Of a DNA stretch of 64,000 nucleotides, positions 10,938 to 23,760 are shown piece after piece. The stretch's first letter is position 1. Every line of letters begins with the position of its first letter. The notes beneath the pieces were generated by a model. It was not told the DNA's origin. It made no database searches and was given only the letters and a program-made list of their open reading frames with translations. Position numbers and translations under genes: made by a program. Location of the stretch: the NCBI RefSeq assembly GCF_000143415.4, contig NW_003314348.1:562062-626061 (forward strand), given 5' to 3'. The stretch comes from Selaginella moellendorffii. Its lineage: Eukaryota > Plantae > Lycopodiophyta.

Positions 10938-13900
10938 CTAAGGACGATGAGTGCTGAGCATGCCACGACCAAAGTAGTCGGCAATGACGGAGAATCCATC
11001 GTCCGAGTTCCGGACGAGCTGGAAGAACCTGTCGTGGTCCGTGGCGTTCTGTGCCAGATTCCGCTTCATCTCTAGCAGCGTGTGGTTCGAAGGAGCGCAG
11101 ACCGGGCACTCCTTTTCGTTGTCACCCAGGCACCTTTGGTGGAAGGAGTGCATGCAAAAGAAGTGGACGGCCGGCAAGTCGAGGATCGAGGTGCAGGCCG
11201 TGCATTTGCTCAGCTGGAACACTCGGGGCTTTGTTCTCAGCTCCTCGATCTCGGCCCTCATCAGCCTATTATCCTCCTGCACCACAAACCATCGCCAACT
11301 TTAGAACACGAGTGGGAATAAAAAGCAGCGGGTAGGAACGCACGTCGTATTTCTGGATTGTTTTCCGATCGTCCTCGATCTGCCTCGACTCTTGCTTGAG
11401 TTGTGTAGCGATGTAGTTCTTCACCACCGAGAGAGTGAGTGTCGGGTTCTTGGATAAAGTCTGGAGCACCACCAGTGGGGGCAGGAGCGAGTATTGTTCG
11501 ATGTATCCCAGCACCTCCTTGACTTCCTTGGAGCAATCTTCCCCTCTCTCCCCGAAGTACGCAAGGACATCGGCCCAGAGCGAAGGATCGCCACCTCTGC
11601 TCGTGTCCGCAAGCCGCTCACAGCAGGAGATGAGGCCGCGGTAGTCACTGTCTTTCATGTAGCACGACATCACCTCCTTGAAGAGTCTCTTTTTCTCGTA
11701 AAGGAAGAGAAGCCCGTCACGAAACTTATGCCTCTCACACAGCATCACCGCCAGTGCTGCATCGTATTGCGGCTCCTCTTCGTGAGCACCCCATCCTTTC
11801 TTTAGTAGATCCAGTGACTTCTGCAAGCGCAAGGATCTCTCTTCGGCAGTCTCCCGGGTGTTAGACACCGCGTCTTTGAAAGATCTCGTCTTCTTAACCT
11901 GAGCTTTTCGCGACGAACTAGAGCTCTCTTCCTCGGGAGAAGTAGAAGCCAAACTATCGGACAGGTAGAGTTCCAGGAGCGTGTTGTGAATGTCTTTCAC
12001 TATCGGGGAGCTGCTTACCTTCACAAGGTATTGCTCCAGGAGAACTATCAGCCACCTCGGTTGGTCAACATAAATGTGCACGAACTCCATCGGTGACGGT
12101 GGCGGAGCACTGCTGCTGCTTGTGTGAGTAGCATTGCCATCACTACTGCATAGTGTCAAGAGAGTAGCCGTGGTTTCGTCAGGCTTGTGCTCGACCAGTA
12201 TTTTCCCATACTGTTTTAGCGTAACCTCGGCCTCGGATGGTGAAAGTCCTGATATATACTCCAGTGCTTCAACATAATTTCCCAGGTCTCCAAGAAGAAT
12301 TTTGAGATACGATTCGTGCAACCCCGCGGTTTTTGCAACGTACAGTGCTTGCTCGTAGTAGCCAGCAGCTCTGCATACTCTCACCGCCGTTTCAACATCA
12401 AACCGAAGCTGTCCTCCCGTCTGCTCGTCCCCCCTGATGAACTTGTCCAACTTAGTTGCGTCCTTGAGCTTCGTGTAACAGTTGAGTAGCAAGGTTGTGT
12501 GGTCTGCCGATGCCAGTGCCTTCTCGTGAAGTCTTTCCAAATAGAGCGTCAAGTTCTGAATGAGCTGAGCGTCCAAAAACTTCTGAATGACGTAAGAAGG
12601 CTCGAGTTGTCCAATAGTTTTGATATACTGCGCCATAGCTTCGTCGTAATCCTGCTTGCTGTACAGATGATCCCCATACTTTCGCATAACTTGAGCAGTG
12701 GCTGCAGCGTCTGCTTGCTGTCTCTGGACAAGGCTTATAGCAACCGGGTAGAGATTCTTTCGGTAGAGAAGCTCCAGCTTGCTGTTCATGTCTTTTTCTG
12801 TTAAGCACGTAACCTTGTGGTCCTTTGTGATAATTGCGATGATGCCCCATTCGCAAAATACTTGCGCAACATCCTCCACTTCTGAGCTATAAGCGATCAA
12901 CTTGCTCTTAAGGTCGTAGATGTTGAACACGCTCTTACGGGCGTCTGCAATAACAGCAAGTAAATATCCGCGGAACCAGCCAACGTACTTCTTTTCGCCT
13001 TCAAAAGCCCAACAGGGACCTCTACCGTCCACCTCATAAAAATAAATAGCTTCCTGCCTTCCAATAACAAGCTCCTATAAAGTTATAAACCATCAACAAT
13101 TGTCAGCCCAAGAAAAAAGAGAAGAACGTGTAGAACTTACCTGTCGATCACTCATAGCCACGCAGAGACCATCGCAACCATGCCCGTCCAAGACTTGCTT
13201 TTGAGGAGGGTGTTGAAGCATGTTGTAAAGATTCACAGTCGCCGCCGTTACTACGAAAAGCTGTAGTGCTTGACCATCTAGTCGAAGTCCCAAACCGGTA
13301 ATCGGCGAAGCACTACTCGTGGCCGTTGCTGGATCAACTAAAAGCTTGAGTCGTGAGATTCGCTCTCGAGCAATATCACCACGGATGCAATACACGATGC
13401 CCGATTCCAAGCCAAAACATAAGAGCAAGATGGGAGGTGCTTCCTCGTAGACCAGAAAACAAGTGATCTGGAAAAGGAAAACATTAGAAACCTTTCTCTG
13501 GATGTGGAGAACAACTTACTTTTGCCTCGGGAAATTTATTTGAGAAGATTCTCAAAGCTCGGTCACAGACTGGATCTATTCTGCTAGAACTCGGGCCCTC
13601 GCTTTGATGTTTACTCAAATCCCAGAGCTTGAGGGACATGGAAGATACCTGTGCTGAAGCAGCCTCATCCTCTCCCACAGTCACCAACATGTTTCTTTGC
13701 TAAGAAAACGAGAATCGAGGATCCATGAGAAAACAGCACCAGGGGCTACGAAACCGAGACTTGCCTTGAGCTGATGGACGTGGAGCACAGACGTGGAATG
13801 CGCCTGGAAGCTGTAGCTGAGCTTGAAACCTCGATCCAGGACGTGGACCATGGCATCGTCGCCACCGAGCACGATCTGGCCCCTGCCGCTGCTGCTGCAC

Positions 13901-13983
13901 ACGATGTTCTCCCCCAGCTCCGCCGCGGCGCCAGATCCGAGCGCCTTCTCCTCGAAGAAGGGGAATTTCCTCCATTGGTACAT
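10938..13983 (-). CDS. VPS11: Vacuolar protein sorting 11 (HOPS/CORVET core), 5 exons
   Basis: N-terminus MYQWRKFPFFEEK, clathrin-repeat region (YGDHLYSKQDYDEAMAQYI) and C-terminal RING (CTAC..LDLPAVHFFCMHSFHQRCL..CPVC). Exons 13983-13765, 13699-13520, 13467-13141, 13074-11344, 11276-10938; intron 1 is GC-AG. Confidence 0.96.
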
Positions 13984-14040
13984 CTCCTCCCAAGAACCCT
14001 AAAATCGAAATCCGTGAAGAAAATGGAGGGTTGAGGGTTT

Positions 14041-15935
14041 ATGGCGCTGAGGAGGAGCTCCATTCTTCGCTGCCGCCATGGAGAATGCGCGCGAGGTAAT
14101 CCTTTCTTTCGCTCCAGTAGTCGATATTACGGCGCATTCAGGGCCTACGGCTGCGAATCGATCGAAGAAAGGAAGAGTGTCACCGACGATAGGGCGGATT
14201 TGTGCCGGAAGCTGGCCGAGTCTCGGGACAGGGAAATCGGCGCTCTTAAGGTGGCGCTCGAGGCACGGAAATGTGAGTCGCAGGCGATCGCGATGTTCAA
14301 CCAGAGGATGAAAATCGACGTGTGTGGCATGGAGGATGATGTCTCTGGCGGCCATACCCGGGAGCTCAAGGCGTTGCGAAACGCCTTGGTAGCACAGGAA
14401 CAGGAGAATCTCAAGATCATGGAGACGAACAGGAAGCTCCAGAAGGAGATCGAGCGGCTAAAGAGTGGGAAGTTTGTGGCTGAGAGCTGCGAAAGCGAAG
14501 AACTGTCGAAGGACCTTGGCGGTGTGAGACCATTCGAGCAATGTTTCATAAAACTCGGCAAACATGAAGGGAGAGTGGTCGAACAGAAGAAGGTGGAGGA
14601 GGAAAAGAATGGTGAAGAGGAGCCTTTATTTCACAGCGAGGGTGTCTCTAGAGGCGAGGAAAAGCCTGCCGCCATCGCGAAGCGCTCCATCGTCCCTCGG
14701 AACGTAGATCTCGTGCACCCATGGCCGGAATGGGTTTCCTTTATACAGCACCTCAAGAAGACATCGCACTTGAAATCAACGATGGACAAAGTTGACAATG
14801 CCATGAGCATGGAGGAGAAAATCAAAGCAGCGGCAATGAGCTTCTGTTCCACGCACGAGAATGTTTTGCAGTAAGTTTTTTTCTTTTTTCTTTTTTTCCG
14901 TTTCTCGTTGTAGACTGATAGCTTGGCAGACGTTTGTCACAGGATGACTTGATGGTTTTTGGTGCTTTCGGATGCCCAAACACGGACAGGAGAATTGTTA
15001 ACTCGGGAAAGAGATTGAGAAAGTATCTAAACCTGACCGAATCGGATGTAAGCTTTTATTACGTTTTCATGTAGCGACACATGTCACCTTCACTTCAGGT
15101 TTGCAAGTTTTGTAGCCACAGCAACATTTGCTCCAGAGCGAGCTGCGAAAGTACTCCGTCTGCGGTTCCTGCGGAGAGCAGCGACATTCTATGGCTTCTT
15201 CTTCAGTTTGGATTTGATGCGGTCAGTGATCACTCTGAGAAAAGGCCACTGCCAGAGGATGTCGAGAAAACTACCAGGAGCATTCTGCAGCAGCTCGTGT
15301 TCCTCGCTGAGAATCCCCATGCTGTCGTCGAGCGTCAACAAGAAATGGAAAAGACGGCTGTCCAACCGGGAAACTGGAGATGTACAAGGTAAGTTATTTG
15401 CCATTGGTAGGAAAAATAACAAAAAATTCATGTTTACTTTTGTTCCTAGGTGCAAATTGCTTAACTTTAGTGGCAATAAGTTCTGTCGCGGATGCAGTAC
15501 TCCATGTGGGCTCCGGACAGGAGAATGGAAATGCTTCAAGTAAGCCTTTCGTGATTAAAATTTTCAGGCTTAATTATTTGGTCACAGGTGCAATCAAAAG
15601 AACTTGGCAAGAAGTCTAGTATGTGACGACTGTAGCGCACCACGACCGCCAAAAGAGCTTCGTTGGGGAGACTGGGAATGTCCAAAGTAAGCTTTTAAGT
15701 TTGTCCCGGCTCAAAATATCTTGCCATCTTTTGTAGCTGCCAAGGGGTCAACTTCGCGAGGAACAAGGAATGTTTTCGCTGCAATGGGAAGCAGCCTCCT
15801 TTCAAAGACCGACAGGTGATTGGAGTGAACAGAAGCACCGTTTTGGAGACTACAGTGGCCCCAAGCTTCACACTGGGAGTGACGCCGTGGCTCATGACCA
15901 AAGAAGAGAAAGAGGCAAGCCTCAAGAAACGCTAA
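14041..15935 (+). CDS. Organelle zinc-finger (OZ/VAR3-type) protein with three RanBP2-type zinc fingers
   Basis: HPWPEW motif, FGCPNTDRRIVNSGKRLR...DVCKFC....CSRA VAR3-like domain, and three W-x-C-x2-C-x3-N-x6-C-x2-C fingers (GNWRCTRC, GEWKCFKC, GDWECPNC) split by short GT-AG introns. Basic/Ser N-terminus resembles a transit peptide. Confidence 0.85.
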
Positions 15936-16030
15936 TTCTCTGTTTCTGTATTGTTATTTTTTCAGTCAAAATCAGCAAAGCTTATAGTATTAGTATATGC
16001 TGCAGGGGTGGGTCCTTTGCTTCAAGTGCT

Positions 16031-17209
16031 CTACTCTCCTTTGTTGTGTCCATTGGAGCTGGGACTGGCATCTCCATTCGTATCAACGTATAACCTAGAA
16101 ATCCGCCAAGCCAACTTCAAAGATCAGGAAGGAAGAAAAGAAGAAAGCCATCCCATCTCAGCTCACCGGAGTTGCAAAGAGGTGTCGGACTCGTCCCTCA
16201 AGTTGTCCTGAGCTTGAGCTCCCGGTGTGATCGTCGTGGGTTCCCTTGTTTCCGAAGGGCTTCGAGCTTCGGTTAGCACTGTAAACGAACGTAGCGTGTG
16301 ACTTCCTATCCCTTCCGCTGCCTCGACCTGTGGGATTATCAACCACAATCTTGTTCAAGAGCTTCAATAGCAAAGATCAAAGCGTGCCTGCTCGCGAAGT
16401 TGAGTGTTCTCGTCCTGCAGCTCACGCTCCTGAACAGTGTTTAGATATTTCCAGCGTGGAAAGTTAACTAGATGATGCAAATAATGACAGGAAAGTTTGG
16501 ACGCACCTTGCGCCGGAGCTCCTCGAGCTCTTCCATGAGAAGCGACTCCTGCAAGTTCATCAGTGTCAACTAGATCAAAACCAATTTCAGATACACACAC
16601 TTCAGTTCAAAACATATCGAAACTTTTTGAAGTGGGATCCTCACCTTTCTCGCTCGGATCTCATTGTATCCGTTCTCAGCCATTCGCTCCAGCTCCTGGA
16701 GCTCCTTCACTGTCAGAGAAGTGAGCTCCTCGCCCATCATATGCCTGGAGACCACAACGACGCTCTATGATCATCAACCTCCACAAAAGAAATGACCTTT
16801 TTGTGTTCTCCAGTTGCTCGATTTTCTGCTTGAGCCTTGCCACTTCCTGATTCCAGTACTGTCAGAAAAGCACCCAAGACAATTCATGGTAGATACACCT
16901 ATCTAGTTGTAAGCTAAGGACTTACGTCGTTATCGAGATCAACATCCAGCGGGCTGCTGGGATTTCTCTCAGGGCACTTGCTGTACCTCTCCAGGATGTC
17001 CTTCATGCTGTTAGACAAGGAGCAAACATCAGACTCACAGTTTCTATATGTCAATCGCAAAATCCTGGGCCAAAGTGGAAGCTTCGCCATTAAATGCATC
17101 TTCTGGGCGCTAGATCCCACATGCAAAGAATGGCGACTTCCCATGCAAAGAATGACGGAACTAAAAAAAAGTAAGAAACACCACTCTTCGCTTTCTCTTC
17201 TTCTTCTCG

Positions 17210-17248
<39 letters not shown>

Positions 17249-17509
17249 TCACCCTCTCTCTCAAAATGCGAGAAAAAGTCTTGAGAACACACCACCTCCT
17301 GTTCATATTCTCTCTCTTATCTCCTACCTGGAGCTCGCGTACTCGAACAATTTGCCGGTGCTGGAGAAGATGATAACCGAGAGCTCGGCATCGCACAGAA
17401 TCGCCAGCTCGCGCGCTTTTTTCAGGAGCCCCCCACGGCGCTTGGAAAAGGTAACCTGCCTTGTCGTCGCATTCTCGATCCTCTTGATCTCAATCTTGCC
17501 GCGACCCAT
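16031..17509 (-). CDS. MIKCc-type MADS-box transcription factor
   Basis: [36 protein letters not shown] domain (17509-17328), I exon 17007-16926, K exons of canonical 62/100/42/42 bp (16858-16797, 16744-16645, 16548-16507, 16429-16388), C-terminal SDTSLQL. The stop is either 16163 or, via one more intron, about 16031. Confidence 0.93.
17217..17245. repeat. (CT/GA)n microsatellite in MADS intron 1
   Basis: Visible. Confidence 0.9.
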
Positions 17510-17608
17510 TGCTCCCCTCCTGCACAATCCCCCTGGCCTGCTACAGCTCCCTGAAATCATCTAACTCGCACATCCCCCCAACACCGCCTCTCTCCCTCTC
17601 CCTATCGA

Positions 17609-17632
17609 GAAGAAGAAGAAGAAGAAGAAGAA
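17609..17632. repeat. (GAA)n repeat in the MADS 5' leader region
   Basis: Visible. Confidence 0.9.
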
Positions 17633-18589
17633 CGCTGGCTTGCTTAATTGAGCTCGCCAAGAGGAAGAAGAAGGAAAAAAGGTAGAAGGAGGAGGAGTGG
17701 ATGGAAAAAGGAAGGAGCAGTGAGCCTTATTTTTAACTGGTGAACCAAACCGGATGGTTGCTATTTGTGGAACGAGGGTTTGCGCTGTGCTCCACTACCC
17801 TCTACTGTTTAGCCTTTCCTCTTATAGAATTCTCGCCCGTTACTACCTTCCCATACGCGCCAGGCACTTCCTGGACAGGCGGTTTATATGATCCACACAC
17901 TACCCGCCGCCTGCATCTGGGGAAGGCCAAAAAGCTTATCCGGAGCTCGAATACTCATCCATTCGCGCATTCGAAATCAGGAGCGCATAGCTGTCGACCA
18001 CGTGTCTAAAAGGAGAGGAAATATCTTTCCGCTTTACCTTTATTTTTTAGCCTGTGGAACGATCCAATGCTTTGTGCCTGATTGAAGTAGCACTAGCACA
18101 CAAGGAATTCAAGTAATACTTTCCTGAAAAATCGAGATGGAAGTTGCGTGTATTGCCTCGCTTTCGATTGTGGAAAAGATAAAGTGGCAGTAGTACCATT
18201 GCGCTTTTGATTTTGGAGGGGTCAATTCCTTGCGATGAATGTAATCTCTGGGACTGATAGAAATGTTTTGCGGGGGAGCTGTAAATGCTGAGAGTGTAGC
18301 GTCCGAATCACAGATGATTTGCTGCAGATACACCGAATCATAATAAAAAAAAGGATTGCAAGCTTTCTCCTGAGGTTTTTTACCGAGTACGCTGGTTTTG
18401 CTTCGACGCACTGCCGAAAAAGACCCCCACTGATTGAGATTCGGATGCGTTTTTCCTGCAAAGTCCCCAGCAACGGCCAATAAAAAAAAGCAGATTCGTA
18501 AACAGAATCCTGGCAATGAAAACAATGCACGAAAATATCACAATCACTCACCCGGTAAATAAAAAAGAAAAGCTGAAAAGCTTTCGCTT

Positions 18590-21500
18590 TGATGCCTAAA
18601 GCACGGCCTTCGCCTTTGGAATTCTGTGTGCAGTGCAAATTCCGAATTGTCCAGGCCGCGATTAGTACGCGGCGTGTGAGAAACAAAAAAATGACGGCAA
18701 TTCTACATCAATACCTTCAGCTGAAACCTTGTCCTTGCCCTCTCGGCAAAACAGCGCCACTTGCAAGAGTGATCGGACTTCCTGGTGCACAATTATGTCA
18801 TTTCTCCTAAAGAGCAACGAAGATGACTTGCCTTTCGGAAAGAAGAGAAGATATTATATGATTCCCTGACACTTGAGGACGCTTTTCATCTTCTATAGCT
18901 TTCTCTCGATGCTCCTGAGTCATGGCTGAATTGATGATAAGCAGTGTGGCGAGATCGATGTATGCCTGTCCATTTTACGCAGCGGTCTAGTGCGAACTTG
19001 ACGAACTGCGTCTCGATTTCAGATGCACGGGCTGAGCAGCAACTCGAAATTATCCAGAACGACTCTCGTTACACAAGGACTTGCTTGGTTCATCAACGTG
19101 GGACTGCAAAATTAAGCCTGAATGAAAAATGTGACAAAAGGCTCTTACTTCCCATGGAAGAAGATTGCTTGCGAGTTGAAAGCCTCGTTCCAAGAACTGT
19201 AATCACTGCATAAAGCTTCGGAGAAGAAAACCGGAAATGTAGAGAAATGAATGTCACAAGGACTTCCAGTAATTACAGAAAAAAAAAATGCAGTACAACA
19301 AACGATCTCTTGCAATTGAGCATTTCAGTGGACAAGTAATAAAGAAAAATACCTTGGATTGCCTCATCGAATCCAACAGTAAGCTTTGCGTTCTCATTCC
19401 TGCATACAGAAAAAGAAAATCAACCGCCTTCAAAGTGATCCCAGTACTTACCGGTTTAAAGCGCCAGGAACTTTAATGGCTTCTCGTTTACCGACGCTTG
19501 TTCTCTGGAAAGAGCTTGAAGAAAATGTTTTCCAGTTACAAAAGGATCTGCACAATCTGTGCGTGCGAGACTGAGCTACAGTTACTAATCTCACAGCTGG
19601 AAAATACAAATTGTAAAGTTTTAAAGAGATTTACTCAGCTTTGAGGGTAGCACTTAATGCTGCTGCGTGTTGCGTCGTTTGAACTTCATAGAAGGTGAAG
19701 GTTAGTCTTTTTAGCTCTAGAAATAACTGCAACTTGGCCTTTCCTCACTGTTTGTTTGTAGAGATTCACGTATAGTTTCCAAAGTAAGCTCTATATACAA
19801 GCTTAGTACAGTGCCTTTGTGGAAGAACAATGATTTACCAGATTAAGTGGCAATATCACCAGAACAATAGTAGAATGAGAAACGGCATAAACTTGTGTGC
19901 TTACAAGCCGAAATTAATAAGCTGCTTGAAATCCGGATTTTTTCAAGTAAGAATGATGCTCCAGTAAAACCTGTTCCTTCCCCAAAGTTTAATCAGTCAT
20001 TACTTAATCAGGCACTCAGGCTTGACGACATGCACGAAACAAAAGGTTCCAGCCAAGAAAAGTCAAACAGTTTGATGCTTTTGCAAATTGCGGTAACTAG
20101 TATATATGACACTTTGAAAACTGCTAGAAGAATTGCTACAATTACCTGGAAGATAAAGGACGATCGGCAGAGTATAGCAGACTTACATAATGGCGACGGC
20201 GATTTCAATAGGGACACAATGTCTTTCGCAGCGGAGATACTTACCGACGAGAACACTAATACATATTTCCCGATCATTGCCTCAATAATGAGTAGAAGAT
20301 TGAAAGAATTGACGGTTTGGGATTTGTTGGTCTTGAACGTCTATGAAAACGTGGAGGAATGTTAAGCGCAAAGACATGTCACCAAAGACATGTCACCCAC
20401 ACACAAGAGTTCCAGTAATTACAGAAAGAAAAACATGCAGTACAAGAAACGACTCTCTAGTTGTGATAGAGAACAAATAGAAAACGAACCTTCAAAACCC
20501 GGAGTGCCTCGTCGAAAGCTTTGCGTTGTGTATGCCTGCATACAGAAAAACAAAACAAACAAACAAGAAAAGCCAGCTTCAGAGTGATCCCAGTAGAATA
20601 AAAGCTTACCAGTTTAAAGTGCCAGAAACTTTAATGGCTTCTCACAAGAGTTTTAGCAACGCTTGTCCTCTAGAAAAGAGCCTGAAGCAAATGTTTTCCA
20701 CTTTCAAAAGGATCTGTACAATCTGCGAGAGGCTAAGCTACAGTTTACAAGATTTGAAAGCTTTGAAGGAAAGTTACTCAGCTTTGGTGCTCGTTGGAAG
20801 TTCATAGGTAGGTCTAGAAAAGAGAGCAACTTAGACTTTCCTCGACCAAGCTCTATGTACAAGCTTAGAAACTGGCCTTGGTTGCGAAGCTCCCGTGCAC
20901 TTTCTTGCGGATCTGCGCCACTGCAAAGGATGACGTTATGATGAACAAAGCATCTCAAACCAAACATTTCATGTATGCGAAATAACCTCCACCATGAGAA
21001 GCATGTTTGCGGGCAAACAGCAAATACGAAAAAACCCCAGCGGGAATCGTCCACTCGGCAGCTAGAATCCACGCCGAGACTCGCAACAAACTTTGGATGG
21101 AGACCCAGATGCCCAGACGTACTGCAAGATCACGTTTTTATCATCGAAACAGAGACCAGAAAAAAATAAATTCTAAGATGGACATTTCACCGCCTCAAGA
21201 ATCAAGCGAAAAGAAGACTTTTATAAATGCGTAAAATGGATGGAAACCTTTGCACGCCTCTTGTATCTAGCCGACATGTAACACGAGTAGAATGGCGCCA
21301 GGAAGGCATGAAACATGTCGTTCCAGAATCAAAATGGTTCTGTAGAACCAGACACTGATGGATCCCAACCACATGAAATCCCTCCCATCTAAGAGCCCTA
21401 AAAAGGCCAACCCAGATCCAGAACTAAGGCAGCTGGCTCTAAGATATTTTGACTCGAGATCCGCCACGTCATCCAGGCATTATGAAAATAGTAGACCCAA

Positions 21501-23700
21501 AGAATATGCTCTGGTTTGAAAAAGCCTTAGGTAATGCATCGTGCGCACGACGGGTGGTCGGCCAGGAGCGCAATCTGGAGCGTTCCGCTCTCGGACAAGC
21601 TGGACCATCTCGCCGTTGGTCACCGTGCCGTGGTAGTACCGCAGACGCACAACGTTAACCGTGAGACAACCCACCAGGATCACATCCCTGGGCAATCTCC
21701 CCGGGCCATCGATCGCCGGTTCCTCGTCCAGATGTATGGCCGCTGCGGCTGCTTCCACGGCGCCCAGGCGGCCTTTGGGATCGCAATGTCTTCTCGTGGA
21801 CGCTTACGAAAAGGAGATGAAAACGATGCACGGAAACGAACTGGTGAGAGCGTCACTGTAATCGATCGAGCTGCATACCAAAGAGATACAATCACACGCA
21901 GACAAAGAAAAAGAGAGAAAGAACAAAAGGAAAGAATTCTCCTGGCTTACCCATTGTGAATGCTTCTTGCTCCATCCCGGAATCGTCGCTTCTCACATTG
22001 CATCGGTCCTCAAAATCCATGACACAGGAGATGCCCGAGCAACCTCCCGGTAAGAGAAAGGACTTCGAAGTCTCCGATCTGTTGGAGAACTGTGCAGTGC
22101 AAATTCCGGAGCGTCCAGTGATCACTCCTACAAGTGTCGCTGTTTTGCCAAGGGATCAAGGACGAGGTAGAATTGCCGTCATTTTCTGTTTCTCGCATGC
22201 CGCGTACTAATCCCGCAGCTGCACAAGAAACCAAATTTTATGTCATTCCAGAGTTCGTAACGAAGATGGCTTACCTTCGGAAAGAAAATTACGATTTCGT
22301 GATGAGCAGCAACACTTGAGACGCTTTTCTCCCGTGGGGGAAAACCAGGCTAAGAAAGTCGAATTTACTTATGAATGCGGGAACTCCGAAGCGCCAGTTT
22401 CAGAATAAAAAACTTAGAATCGAGGAAAACCTCAAAATTTGTTACAGTTACCTGAGAAAGGATGAAGGACTCATCGGCTGAGTATAGGAGCCTTGACATA
22501 CTGCTGAAGGCCATTGACATTATGCCTTTCCTCACTCTCCAAACGTGTTTGGCTGGCAAAGCAAAAAAGAGTAGAATCAAAAGAACTTTGGGATAGTGTC
22601 TACCATTAACATGAAAATGTAGAGAAATGTTAAGCACAAAGACACCAACACAGAACTTCCAGTAAAAAGCATGCAGTACAACAAAACATCTCTCCTGCAA
22701 TTGCAAAGTTGTGAGGATTCTAAGTATAATCGGTGGGACAGATAGTAAAGAAAAAGAACCTTCAAAACCCGGATTGCCTCGTCGAAGCAAGCAGCAAGCT
22801 TTGCATTGTGTATGCCTGCATACAGAAACTTCAATCTCAAAGTTTTAGCGACGCTTGTTCTCTAGACGTTTCTGCGAGAGGATAAGCTACAGTAAATGGT
22901 TTAATCTCACTCATCTCCCAGTTGGAGGAAACAAAATGTTTTGTGGGAACTTACTCAAGCTTTGAGTGTAGTGTTGCTCAAGCTCTCTCTTTCGTGAGTT
23001 CTCTCATCGCTGCGATCAATTGTGTCGTTCTAGGTTGCTCTGTTTTTTAACCTTAGCCTCTCCGACACTGTTTGTTTGTGGAGCTTCACGGTGTATTTTA
23101 AATGTAACAAGCTGGCGTTGTTTGCGAAGTTCCCGTGCTTTCTTGCGGGCCTGTGCCACTGTAATGGATGGCGTTATATGAACGATGTGTGTAATCACAA
23201 TCAAATTCCAAACGAAACATTTCACAAAAGCCATGATTTTTCGAACAAGATTTGCCAGGCAAACAACAAACACATCAAGAAAAATACGATACCTCTCCCG
23301 TATCTCCAAGTCCGCAGCTCATGTCACTTTGGCCAAAACTCGGATTGAGACCTCGGGACGGAGGCATACTGCAAGCTTGGACGGTCATTGCTTTCCCCAG
23401 GAGCTTTGGACGGCCATTATTGCATTGTGTCACCAGCTAGCATCGTGATGCCAATTCCGAGATCACGTCAGCAGAGAGGAGAAAAATCATGTACATTCTG
23501 CCCAAGATCGAAAGCCAAGAAACCAGGAAAGAACATTTAACATTTTCTAACGCTGCGCCCCTTCTATAGCTCGCCGACGCGTAGCGCCAGGAAGGCATGA
23601 GACATGTCGATCCAAGATACACTCACCTCGTGTTTGATCCTAACCGCACGAAGCTCCCGAATCTAAGAGCGAGATCCGGGGTAGAGATTTGATGAAGTGA
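18590..23700 (-). pseudogene. Decayed, partly triplicated multi-exon gene relic of unknown family
   Basis: Homologous blocks at 19235-19810, 20345-20870 and 22612-22970; also 18600-18890~22080-22330 and 20860-20970~23105-23225. Minus-strand splice-like signals (tttctgtatgcag|, |gtaag) recur, but frames are broken. Confidence 0.55.
21265..21805 (+). pseudogene. Truncated, rearranged duplicate of the PPR gene 5' end and upstream region
   Basis: aagaatatgctctggtttgaa and ctcgtccagatgtatggccgctgcggctgcttccacggcg...aatgtcttctcgtggacgct are shared with 23570-24050. Confidence 0.85.
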
Positions 23701-23760
23701 CTCAGTGGAGGACCAAAAGAATATGCTCTGGTTTGAACGCGAGAGAAGAAGCCCTAATGC

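Noticed and set aside
19895-20365. 156-aa plus-strand ORF
   Set aside because: Non-ATG start in the track, no motif, and it lies in the decayed region whose splice signals are on the minus strand.
23110-23175. ITVAQARKKARELR, reminiscent of phage integrase arm-binding helices
   Set aside because: Short generic helix; the duplicate at 20.9 kb does not keep the frame; eukaryotic context.
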